A stretch of DNA of 64,000 bases, taken from NCBI RefSeq assembly GCF_009914755.1, contig NC_060941.1. One strand, written 5' to 3'. The position numbers were made by a program, and so were the translations under genes. The notes beneath the pieces are model-generated. The model saw nothing but the letters and a program-made list of their open reading frames with translations. It was not told the DNA's origin and ran no database searches. Shown here piece after piece: positions 41,101 to 52,550 of the stretch (position 1 is the first letter of the stretch; each line of letters starts with the position of its first letter). The stretch comes from the human T2T-CHM13v2.0 reference genome, Homo sapiens.

Positions 41101-44100
41101 GAAAGGATTGGAATGGAATGGATTTAGAATGGAATGTAATGTAATGGAGTGGAGTGGAGTGGCGTGGATTGGACTGGAGTGCAGTGGAATGGAGTGGTAT
41201 GGATTGTTATGGAACGGAATGTAATGGAGTGGGGTGGAATGGAGTGGACTGGAATGGAGTGGAATGGAATGGGATGGAATCGAATGGAGTGGAGTGGAGT
41301 GGAAATGTATAGAATGGATTGGAATGGAATGGAGTTGACTGAAGTGGAGTGGAGTTGAGTGGAGTGGAATGGAGTGTAGTGGAATGGAGTGGAATGGAGT
41401 GGAGTGGGGTGGAGTGGAGTGGAATGGAATGGAATGGTGACATAAAATGTTAGCTAAGATTGTGCACTGCACTCCAGCCTGGGTGACAGAGTGAGATCCC
41501 GTCAAAAGAAAGGAATGCAATGGAATGGATTTACAATGGAATGTAATGTAATGGAGTGGAGTTGAGTGGAGTGGGGTGGAGTGGAGTGGAGTGGAATTGA
41601 GTGGTATGGATTGTTATGGAATGGAATGGAGTGGAGTGGGGTGAAGTTGAGTGGAATGGAGTGGAATGGAATGGGATGGAATGGTATTGAGTGGAGTGGA
41701 ATGGAGTGGAAAGGTGTAGAATGGAATGGAATGGAATATAGTGGATTGGAGTGGAGTGGAGGGGAGTTGAGTGCAGTGGAATGGAATGGAGTGGAACAGA
41801 GTGGAGTGCAGTGGAATGGAGAACAGTGGAGTGGAGTGGAGTGGAATGGAGAACAGTGGAGTGAAGTGGAGTGGAATGGAATGGAGTAGAGTGGAATGGA
41901 ATGGAGTGGATTGGAATGGACTGGAGTGGAGTGGAATGGACTGGAGTGGAATGGAATGGACTGGAGTGGAATGGTATGGGGTGGAGTGGAATGGAATGGA
42001 GTGCAGTGGAATGGAGTGGAGTGGAATGGAGTGGAGTGGAGTGGAATGGAATGGAGTGGAATGGAGTGGAATGGACTGGAGTGGAGTGGAATGGAATGGA
42101 GTGCAGTTCAATGCAGTGGAGTGGAGTGGAGTGGAATGGAATGGAATGAATTGGAATGGAATTGAAAGGAATCAAAGGAATGGAATGGAATGGAATGGAA
42201 CGGAATGGAGTGGAATGGAACAGAATGCGGTGAAATGATGTGGAGTGGAGTGGAGTGGAATGGAGTGGAATGGAATGGGGTGGAATGGAATTCAATGGAG
42301 TGGAGTGGAGTGGAATGGACTGGAGTGGAATTGAATGGGAAGGAATGGAATTGAACGGAGTGGAGTGGAGTGGAGTGAAGTGGAATGGAATGGAATGGAA
42401 TGGAATGGTGAAATGAAATGTGAGCTGAGATTGTGCAGTGCACTCCAGCCTGGGCGACCTAGTGAGATCCTGTCAAAAGAAAGGAATGGAATTGAATGGA
42501 TTTAAAATGGAATGGAATGGAATGGAATGGAGTGGAGTGGAGTGGATTAGCGTGGAGTGGAGTGGAGTAGAGTGGAATGGAGTGGTATGGATTCTTATGG
42601 AATGGAATGGAATGGAGTGCAGTGTACTGGAGTGGGGTGTAGTGGAGTGGAGTGGAATGGAGTGGAATGGAATGGGATGGAATGGAATGGAGTGGAGTGG
42701 AGTGGATTGGAGTTGAGTGGAGTGGATTGGAGTGCAGTGGAATGGAGTTGAATGGAGTGGAGTGGAATGAAGTGGAGTGGAGTGGAATGGAGTGGAATGG
42801 AATGGAGTGAAATGGAATGAAATTGAATCAAATGGAATTGAATGGAATGGAATGGAATCGAATGGCATCGAATGGAATCGATTGGAATGCGGTGAAGTGG
42901 AGTGGAATGGAGTGGAATGAAGTGGAATGGAATGGGGTAGAATGGAATTGAATGGAGTGGAGTGGAGTGGAAGGTAGTGGAGTGGAATGTAATGGGGAGG
43001 AATGGAATTCTACGGAGTGGAGTGGAGTGGAATGGAATTGAATGCAATGGCCTGGAATGGAATGGTGAAAAGAAATGTGAGCTGACATTGTGCACTGCAC
43101 TCCAGCCTGGGTGGCAGAGTGAAATCCTGTCGAAAGAAAGGAAGGGAATGGAATGGATTTATAATGGAATGTAATGGAATGGATTTAGAATGGAATGGAA
43201 TGCAATGTAGTGGAGTGGAGTGGAGTGGAGTGGAGTGCAATGAAGTGGAATGGAATTGAGTGGAGTGGAATGGAATGGAATTGAATGGAATGGAATGCAA
43301 TGGAATGGAATGGAATGGAGTGGAGTGGAGTGGAGTGGAGTGGAGTGGAGTGGAGTGGAGTGGAGTGGAATGGAATGGAATGGAGTGGAGTGCAGTGGAA
43401 TGGAGTGGATTGGAATGGAATGGAATGAAGTGGAATGGAGTGGAGTGGAGTGGAATGGAATGGAGTGGAATGGAATGGAATGCAGTGAAGTGGAGTGCAG
43501 TGGAGTGGAATGAAGTGGAATGGAATGGGGTGGAATTGAATTGAATAGCGTGGAGTGGAGTGTAGTGGAATGGAGTGTAGTGGAATGGAGTGTAGTGGAA
43601 TGGAATTTCGCCGTAGATAAAATCTAGTATTTCAGCCTACCATTGAGTGTGCTTATAGCTAACCAAAACGGCACTCTGTCTCGGGAATACAGATTTGCCT
43701 AGAGGTATCCTATTGCAGTCAAAGAAAGAGCAATGAGGGATAGAAAAGGTTAGTGATGGAGACACCAAAGCTGCATTTTACAAAAAACAATGTAAAAACT
43801 TTACGGATTGGTTCTGCTACCTTACTACAGTTTACATTCCTCTCAGGTGGCAGAATTGTTAAGTTTTTTCTTAAGATAGAAAAGCAATTCAGATAATCTG
43901 AAATCTCCACAGGAAGGATAAGAAGCACAACAGAAACTATTCTAGGCAGGAAGTCAATCCTTTCAACTGTCTGTGCTCCATAGATACAATTGTCTGCACT
44001 GGGAGTCATGTGCGGTACAGACAACAGCCAGACCTCTGATCCTCTCATTTGTGATTTCAGAAGAAATTACCAGTCAACTGAGTAATTCACTGACTAAAGT

Positions 44101-45054
44101 ATACATTTGGCACTGAAAGAGGTTAGACGGATAACTATTTGTATCACCATATTCATGAAGCTGGAATATTTTCATTACTCATATCACATCCGAATGGAAG
44201 ATTTTAAAAGCTCTCTCATCTTGTAAGATGGATATGAAAGAACATTTTCTGAGAAATGAAATTATAAACACACCTGTGAGGTGGATGGAAGAGAAAAAAA
44301 AAGAATAATCAGCTTGAGTTCTTCTCCTTGATAAGACAACTCACTAAAAACATAGAGAGAAAAGTACAAGTTTAAAATAATTAACCAGAAGAAGACAGCT
44401 CTAGAGTTTTTAAATGGCTGATAAGATTTTAGTCTGCTGCAAGTTGAAAATAACTATATTGCTTGTGTTTTAAGGTACATAATGAGCAATTATATCACAC
44501 ATGATAGGTTCAGCAGTAAAATATTATCCGTTCACAGCTGGTACTCATAAAAGCATAGCACAATGGAAGATGGAATTTGCTAAAATAAACCATCTTCTGA
44601 AAACTACTATTCTGTAAATTTAAAAACAAAGTTTATATGTTATTTGTCTTATTTAATAGGTCTGTGAAAAAAATGAGATATTTGAAAAGTAAGTGCTACC
44701 TTAATTAGTTCTTTATATTAGACAGCTGGTTACAGTAATGCACAGTAAGGTGCTACATACAAATATTGCTAAATTTTCTGCATATACTATGTATTTAGCT
44801 TAAATTATTTGAAATTTTATAAAGTAACAAATGTATATTTAAATGTTTTGACACAAATTGCAAATATACCTTTAAAAAGCGTCTTACACTCTAAATATTA
44901 TTTGTCACCTATATATTTATATTTTCTCTATAGGAAAGTTTAAATTTTTCCCTTGAAGCTTTAATTATTTCAGTCTATAAAACAAACTGATAATGTTCAA
45001 ATTAACAGAAAAAAAGGTTTACAGATATGTGCACAAGTATGCACTTGGAGTTTA

Positions 45055-45130
45055 CATAATATATATAAATATATATACAAATATTTGTATATTATAAATA
45101 GATATACAAATATATACTATATATATAAAA
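45055..45130. repeat. (TA)-rich low-complexity tract
   Basis: ATAATATATATAAATATATATACAAATATTTGTATATTATAAATAGATATAC... Confidence 0.8.
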
Positions 45131-45239
45131 ACTCCAGGAAAGGCAAGGTAGTCAACACGCCTATGCTGTCTTGAGGTTACAGAAAACACAGACCTGTACG
45201 TTGGTGAATCAGTCTTTGCGGAAGACAAGTGACGACAAG

Positions 45240-45853
<614 letters not shown>

Positions 45854-45968
45854 CTCCATATGTACAATAAATATTATTGTGATTTTTAATCTTTACTCTT
45901 CTGTGGAGAAAACACAGGTGTGATTTCTAGTGTAGCTGAACATCACATTTATTTGACAATACTGCACT

Positions 45969-45993
45969 TGTGTGTGTGTGTGTGTGTGTGTGT
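45969..45993. repeat. (TG)12 microsatellite
   Basis: Read directly from the sequence. Confidence 0.97.
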
Positions 45994-46829
45994 AGCTACT
46001 CTTTACCTTTGTTCTCACTTAATGATTAGATATTAACAATTAATTCAGTAACATGTATGTTTTGCAATTTCTCCATGTTATGCTTTAAATTAGATTAATC
46101 ATGCCCCTATAATGTGTACATTTTAACCTTTGACTATAGGTCTCAATCTTACTTTGGCTCCTGTATTTGAATTTATGCTATTAAAGTCCTACAGCTAAAA
46201 AGGATTATATAGACTTATCTATATTTTTACTAGTATTCTGGTGTCATTTTAAATTATGTAATGAAATCAAATTTTAATTTGGATTATTGTTATCTGAGTT
46301 AAGGATCTAAATTTTTAATTTTCTTATAGATGTTACATAACTGTTTCTGAACCATATATTGACTAATCTGCTCTTTATATGATGTGCATTATAAGAGCTT
46401 GGGATTTATTCATTTGCAAAGATGAATGCTTGAGAAGTAGATATTTAATCATAACATTTCAAAATCTACTGGATAACCTAGAATTGAAAAATAGCCTATA
46501 GGTTGAAAAACTCCTGTAGTGAAGAAAGAAAATAACTAATATAAAGTGACAATATAAATATTATAAGTATTTATTTTATTATCGCCCTGAAATTTGATAA
46601 TACAAACATGTAATATCTACATATCATCCTTATATCAGGTCATAAAAAATCAATACATTCTTCAAAAATTTAGCATAACAGAAAATGCACTCTCTCCTTG
46701 ATGGAATTAAGTTACAAATAAAAGTAAAAATAAGTAGATAAGTAGATGGAGGTAGATGTTTAAAAACAAAGAAAAATATTTGTTTTGTATAACATAAAAA
46801 CTCAATTGACAATTACAATATTTCAAGAA

Positions 46830-47022
46830 CTTTGGCTGTCAACCGGTGGAGAGTTTTCCCCAGGAGACATTTGTCAATGTCTAGGGTTATTGTGGGGATG
46901 TCAAGACTGGTGGAGGTGTGAAATATAGAGGTCAAACGAATCACCTAGCGTTGCTAGGGGAGCCTCCCAAAACAAAGAATCCTCTGGTCCTAAAGGTAAG
47001 TACACCAAGGTTGAGAAACCAT
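46830..47022 (+). mobile_element. MER20 (hAT-Charlie) DNA transposon relic
   Basis: TGGCTGTCAACCGG...CAGGAGACATTTGTCAATGTCTAG...CAAAACAAAGAAT...CCAAGGTTGAGAAACC follows the MER20 consensus order. Confidence 0.8.
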
Positions 47023-47138
47023 AATATAGAAAGCAAACACTATGTAGCTATTCCAAGTGCTCAGGAAAACACATCAGTGCCCTCGTGGGGAAAAGTGTAA
47101 ACATTTTAATTGCTGTACATGGTGACACAAATGCATGT

Positions 47139-47580
47139 TGTTAATCTAAGTGGAAGAGGCTGAAGCACAAAACGCAATTCAAAGAGTTTACTTGAGCCAA
47201 AATGAGGACAGCTGCCTGGAAGAAACAGACCCAAGTATCCTTGGATATGAACTCCATTTGGAGCTTTGCAACAAGCAGTTTCTTAAAGGCAAAAAAGGGA
47301 TAAGAAGTGGGATGATGCAAAGAGGTTTGTCACAAATTCTCATTGGCTTATGGAAATAACATTTATTAGTGACTGTTACACTATTATTGGGTGTGGATTG
47401 TAGTGTCTGGTGTGGCATCATTGGTTAATTTATAGCTACTGTGGCAACAGCAAGCAGCCTAGATGAACACACAGCTCAAAGAGGAGCAGGACAGAACTGC
47501 TGTCTCATTTGAATAACTCTCTGGGCCTGATTATTTCAAAGGACTTGCGTTTCTCACATGAAAGTTATTTTCTTTTCTCA
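47139..47580 (-). mobile_element. ERV1 solo LTR (MER93/MER90-like)
   Basis: AAGAGTTTACTTGAGCCAAAATGAGGACAGCTGCCTGGAAGAAACAGACCCAAGTATCCTTGGATATGAACTCC. The minus strand begins TGAGAAAAGAAAATAACTTTC. Confidence 0.6.
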
Positions 47581-47759
47581 ATTTCAATAAATGAGAATAA
47601 ATAGACGTAAAATAGATCTTTTCGAGGATGAAGTAAATGGAATAAAAAACAAAACCCAAGCTGACCAGAAATCATAGAGGGAAGAAAAAGGTTATAAAGA
47701 TATGGATTTTTCAAAGTGATTTTAAGTTATTAGGAATCAGTTAAATGTTGGGGGATTTT

Positions 47760-48309
47760 GTCTGAGTATAGGCTAAAGGAGAATGTCCCTTTTGCCTTCT
47801 GAAGTTTCCCTGAAAATCACTAATAAGAGGCAGATAAATAGTAGAAAAGGCATACAGGATTCTGCAATGTGTGTACACTGGAGCCCTTAGAATGGAGACC
47901 CAGACACAAGATGGGTGCAGAAGCTTATCTACCACATGAAGTTTACAGAAAGAATGGGGTCTTGGATCACAGGGAAAAAAAAGAGGTTATGTGAGAAAAG
48001 GACCCTGACTAGCAACAGTGGACTTATTACGTGGGTGAAACCTCGCTGGGAGCAGTCCTCAGAGAGAATAGAGAGAAAATGTTTCTTTCAGACCTTTGGA
48101 GACCTCAGACGCTCAGCTAACCTTTCCCAGATCCAGACAAGTTAGCAGACCTCAGAGAAAGCCTGGCTGCATCAAAGTAGATTCTCTACAGATGCAAATC
48201 TCCCCAAGACAGCTTTGCAGCTAAGTTTGCATTTCCAGCCCTTCTGAATAGCCATTTTGAAATATATCAAGGAAATATATTTCGGGGTAAAATACATTGG
48301 ATTCCTTCA
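47760..48309 (-). mobile_element. ERV1 solo LTR (MER34/MER39-like group)
   Basis: CTGAAAATCACTAATAAGAGGCAGATAAATAGTAGAAAAGGCATACA...AGATGCAAATCTCCCCAAGACAGCTTTGCAG...GAAATATATTTCGGGGTAAAATACATTGGATTCCTTCA. Confidence 0.7.
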
Positions 48310-48879
48310 TACAGCTATAAAACATACAGAAATAATTTTTGTCAATGTCTACTACAAATCCAATATAGCAGTAATTATAAAACCCACCAGATATTGAAGA
48401 AAAAATATGTAGAGTACATCACTTACAAATATTGATACTAAAATGCCAAATAAAATAAAAATAATATCCAACAATATTTGAAACAGTAAGACAAGAAATT
48501 GGCAAAAATAAAAACAAATATCCACCTTGGGGATGAAAGTGTGATTCCAAATTTGGTGATCCAATAATATTAATAATCATATTGATTACCCCAAATAAAC
48601 AATAAATAGGGGATTCTCAGTACATGCTAAAATATATTTGTTAAAAGGTAATATTCATGTCTTTAAAGATTTTAAATGCTATAAAGAGTCTGATATTCTA
48701 TATGCAAACATGTATATGTCTATTAGAAGAAGAGAGGCTTGATTTTCATATGTTACTACATAGAGATAGAGAAGTGGATAGATTAATTTGCATATTCATA
48801 GAGAAAGCATAAAATAGCAATTTACTATCATACTTAAAGGAATTTAAATTCAACAATAAAATAATTCAAAAGTAAAATT

Positions 48880-49620
48880 TTAAATATTTTTAACAGTTAC
48901 ATTCTTATTAGATAATATAATAATTGTGAAAATATTCAGTGCTAAAATAAGATAGAATGTCTAAATCTCAGTATTAAAACTAGTATAAATATTTGCTTGT
49001 TTATACAAGGAAAATTCAAGCTCAACCTAAAATTATATAGGAAATATAAGAAAAATTTTAAGGGAGCTCTTTAATAACACAAACATATATATATATATAC
49101 ACACACATATAACATGTATATATGTTATATGGGATAGATATAGATTTAACATGTTATATCTATATTTGTATCTATCTATGACTACAGCTGTATGTATCTA
49201 CATTTCTATATACTTACTCAGTGATATAAATATAGGCTGGAATAAATATAAAGCCACATATGATTCTTCGATAAAAAGGATTTAGTATCATAAAGACAAA
49301 TTCTTTCCAAAATCACCTATGAATTCACAACAATATACAGTTTCATTAGTATAATTTAAAATTTTTAAATAAATTCCAAGATTCATTTAAGGAAATATAC
49401 ACGTATACCAGCAGCAAAGAAAGAAGTAAGAGTGCACTCAACTAACTTGCTATTAAAATACATTTTTAAACTTAGTAACTAAAACTGAGAAGTACTGATT
49501 TGGAGTACGGGAATTTAGGTATATGGGATCTCAAAAGCATAGAGCTCAAAGGAGACCCCTGTATGCACGAGAGCTTAGGACGTGCTTTAGAAGGCATTAC
49601 CAAACCACGGGCAAAGTTAC
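48880..49620 (+). mobile_element. Highly degraded ancient L1 (L1M) ORF2 fragment with an internal (TA/CA) tract
   Basis: A-rich strand with L1 ORF2-like motifs AAATTCTTTCCAAAATCACCTATGAATTCA, AATTCCAAGATTCATTT and ATAGAGCTCAAAGGAGACCCCTGTATG. Confidence 0.5.
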
Positions 49621-50229
49621 TTTAGTGTCTTAGTCTTACTAGGTTTGAAAAGCCAGAGAAAAGACTCAAGGCCACCATATAAGAGCAAAACAAAAGGACA
49701 GGGAGAGAATGTGAAGATACTGAAACATTTTACATAAAGTAGTATAAAACATACTTTAAAGAAAATGTAAAGTTTAGGATATACATCAAAACCAGCAAAA
49801 CCACTAAATAAACAAATAGGCATTGTAAAGTAGCAAGAGAAAATTTAAATGGATTTCTAAAAAGTATTGACACCTATGATTTTTAAAATATGTTTAAGAA
49901 ATCCCGTATTTCACAGGGCAGCCTTTCACAATATAGATATATTAGGACATAAAGGTCCTTCTGTTTTTAATTTACTAGTGTTTATAGGGTTAAAATTGTC
50001 TTCTACCCTTGTCTTTTGTCTGATGGTGCACAAAATTTTCATAAGCATGTATTTCTGAATGCCTGATGGATTGACATATATAATATGCTGCTAGTATTAA
50101 AATATGTGACAGAAAACACATCCAAACTTCTTACTGTTTGCATAAATTCTAGGTTTCTCCTATTTACCTCAAGCACGTATGGAGCGAATTCTTACCTTTT
50201 AATATTGCCATGGCATTCACATTGAATGT

Positions 50230-51372
50230 AAGTTGAACTCTCTCATATGGTAGCTGGGTTCAGATTCCCTTGACAATTTCCAGTTCTAACCCTCACAGTT
50301 CCTCAGTGTGGCTGGCCCAGATATTGACCCTACACAGTTGCCTCCTCCTGGTGACTACCCGCTATGGAACCATTGGATACAACCTACCTGACTCACCCCA
50401 CAGACCTCACAGCCCACATGGACAGCTCCCAAACGCCAGAGTGACCTGCTCAGTTGCAGCAGGAGCCAAGAAATATGCCTGCTGGCACTCACCCCACTGA
50501 CTATAGCCCCGTGGAAATCTTATTTGGGTTATGTTCTGGGCCCAATAAAGGCTGGAGTCCCACAGACCCCTTTTCTCTCTCTTGCTCCCCACTCGTCTTC
50601 CCCATTTTGTTCAGCCCTATGAGGTGTGCTACTGTATTAGTCCATTTTCACACCACCAGTAAAGACATGCCCAAGACTGGGTAATTTCCAGAAGAAAGAG
50701 GTTTAATAGACGCACAGTTCCACATGGCTGGGTAGGCCTCACAATCATGGCGGAAGGTGAAAGGCAGGTCTCACATGGCAGCAGACAAGACAAGAGAGCT
50801 TGTGCAGGGGAACTCCCCTTTATAAAACCATCAGATCTTGTGAGACTTATTCACTATCAGAAGAACAGCATGGGAAAGACCTGCCCTCATGATTCAATTA
50901 CCTCCAACCTGTTCCCTCCCACAACATGTGGGAATTCAACATGAGATTTGGCTGGGGACACAGCTAAACCCTCTTCTCAGCTACCCTCTTCTCTCTGGAT
51001 CTGTGAGTAATAAAACCACTTCTGTGATTTCCCATGTTTGGTCCTGTGGCCTCAATGTGTCTGAGCTGACCTACACTGGAACCTAACTCTCCTCCTGGCC
51101 AGGGTCTCTGAGAGTGGCTCTTGTCAGAAATACACAGGACACAGGTCAGGCAACAGTCACCAGGCATCTCCTAGTCTCAACAGATGTTCTGTGAGAGGGA
51201 GGCCTGGTCGTGGAATGCACACCTGGCCACTGCTGGGGTAAGGAAGTGTCCTGTGAAAGGCACATGTTAAGCATCCACAACCCCCTGCCCAGAACCCCAG
51301 AAAGGCAGGGCTCCAGTTGACAGCCACTCTCCAGAGACAAACCTCAAGCCCTAACTGGAGGAAAAGAAAACA
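50230..51372 (+). mobile_element. ERVL-class LTR (MER54/MER73/MER74 group) split by a THE1 insertion
   Basis: 3' part GGATCTGTGAGTAATAAAAC...GAGAGTGGCTCTTG...GGACACAGGTCAGGCAA...CTGTGAGAGGGA...GTGAAAGGCACA...AGCCACTCTCCAGAGA...GAGGAAAAGAAAACA is characteristic of this group. The 5' boundary is approximate. Confidence 0.7.
50633..50979 (-). mobile_element. THE1 (A/B-like) MaLR solo LTR with a 5 bp TSD
   Basis: TGTATTAGTCCATTTTCAC...CAGTTCCACATGGCTGGG...ATGAGATTTGGCTGGGGACACAGCTAAACC. TSD GCTAC at 50628-50632 and 50980-50984. Confidence 0.93.
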
Positions 51373-52550
51373 ATGTAAAAAGTTGAATTTATCTTACTAT
51401 TTCAATGATCCAGTAAAGACATTCTATGCCTGCACACCACATATTTTCTTTGATTGTGGATATATTTTAGATAAAATTTTATATCTGGCTTTCACTTTAG
51501 CCTGGTCCCTATCTCAAGCATAAGGTAAAGATTTTCCATGGGTTCTTTTCTGGTACTACTACCTGCCAGTGTGGGCTCATGTCCTAGTCTATCTTGAGGG
51601 AATCCCCCTATTCATTATTGTCAAAGTGAGACTGTTAAGTCTTGATTTCCCTGGACAACTACATTGCATGACTTTTAATATGATTTTTAAATATACCCTT
51701 TACTGGACAATAAATTATATAGGTATCTGAGTAAGAGATATGGTCAGGAAGAGGCATTGCCTCATTCAGCTTTTCTGTTTGGTGAACTTGCATATGTTCT
51801 CCTCACCCACCAGTCACCTCTAAACCATATTGTTCCAAGACAACAAACAGAACTCAAGTGTGTATCTTTCACCACTGGATTTGTATTTGCTCCATAAATC
51901 TTAATGCTTAATAGGGTTTCTGTTAGCATTTTCTCTATCTATTTTCCCATAAAATATCACAGGCCTTCTTCATATGGAATTATGGGTGATTTCCTTCAAT
52001 CTGCATCATATCAAGTTGAGGTTCATGTTGATGGAAAGTAAAACATACGTATAAAATATCAGTAATGATGTTTTCCCCTCCTTTTTAGCACATGTGCTTG
52101 TGAGAGTCATTGTAATACAATTCTAGTCTCATGCTTTGATCATCCCTAAGATGAAAATAACATTTTTAGATAAAATATCTGAGTTTTATGAGGCCTTTTG
52201 TATATGATGTGATAGAATATCAGAAGACCATACTTTTTTCTAGTTTTCCATGCAATTCTATCGTTTCATCTTTACTCCTACCAGAGTAATTTTCCAGAGT
52301 AGATATCTTGTCATTCTTCCTGTTGTTATCAGTAAATAAGTGAAATGAAAAGCTAGATTATATAATTTATCTAGAACAAGAAAGTAGAATTGAATCTATA
52401 TACATTAATGAGACTAAGCAGTCAATTACACAGATAGGCATTTTACATTTTGAAGATCATATGGACCCATTGTCAGATATATTAGTATTTATGTCTACAT
52501 GGACATCACCTGTGCATATTTATGTAGAAATCAATAAGAGCTGATTTTTA

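Larger units (their letters stand above)
301..43140 (+). mobile_element. 57 tandemly co-amplified ~60 bp fragments of the 3' end of an Alu right arm embedded in the satellite
   Basis: Matches the Alu 3' end GTGAGCCGAGATCGCGCCACTGCACTCCAGCCTGGGCGACAGAGCGAGAC with CpG decay. Hand-counted starts: 301, 848, 1305, 2162, 2732, 3612, 4806, 5916, 6725, 7635, 8811, 9693, 10863, 12032, 12710, 13921, 15046, 15843, 16550, 17467, 18181, 18881, 19649, 20261, 20763, 21045, 21773, 22470, 22995, 23252, 23955, 24557, 25114, 26240, 27097, 28503, 29219, 30051, 30961, 32318, 32735, 33742, 34684, 35706, 36464, 37051, 37564, 37796, 38584, 39115, 39695, 39932, 40465, 41042, 41449, 42420, 43077. Confidence 0.95.
1..43606 (+). 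repeat. Satellite III (HSat3)-type array of diverged (GGAAT)n interleaved with (GGAGT)n, with GGAATCGAAT/GGAATCAAAT sub-zones; runs off the left edge of the window
   Basis: Continuous pentamer register (GGAAT, GGAGT, CGAAT, TGAAT, CAAAT) for 43.6 kb. The + strand is very C-poor and shows no orientation switch. Last GGAAT ends at 43,606 before unique sequence TTCGCCGTAGATAAAATC. Confidence 0.97.

Noticed and set aside
301-43140. CRISPR-like look: a conserved ~60-80 bp repeat separated by variable spacers
   Set aside because: The repeat is Alu-derived and the spacers are 170-1,350 bp of mutually homologous satellite. There are no cas genes and the context is primate.
37-43544. Hundreds of ORFs up to 494 aa (MEWNG/VEWSG on +, FHSIP/LHSTP on -)
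   Set aside because: Pure GGAAT and GGAGT pentamers contain no stop codon in any frame, so long ORFs are expected by chance. There is no domain structure, promoter or exon evidence.
1-43606. Canonical G-quadruplex, telomeric or alpha-satellite identity
   Set aside because: G runs are mostly GG with isolated GGGG. I see no TTAGGG arrays and no 171 bp period.
43719-44048. 109 aa minus-strand ORF next to the junction
   Set aside because: No recognisable homology or splice context, and the length is compatible with chance.
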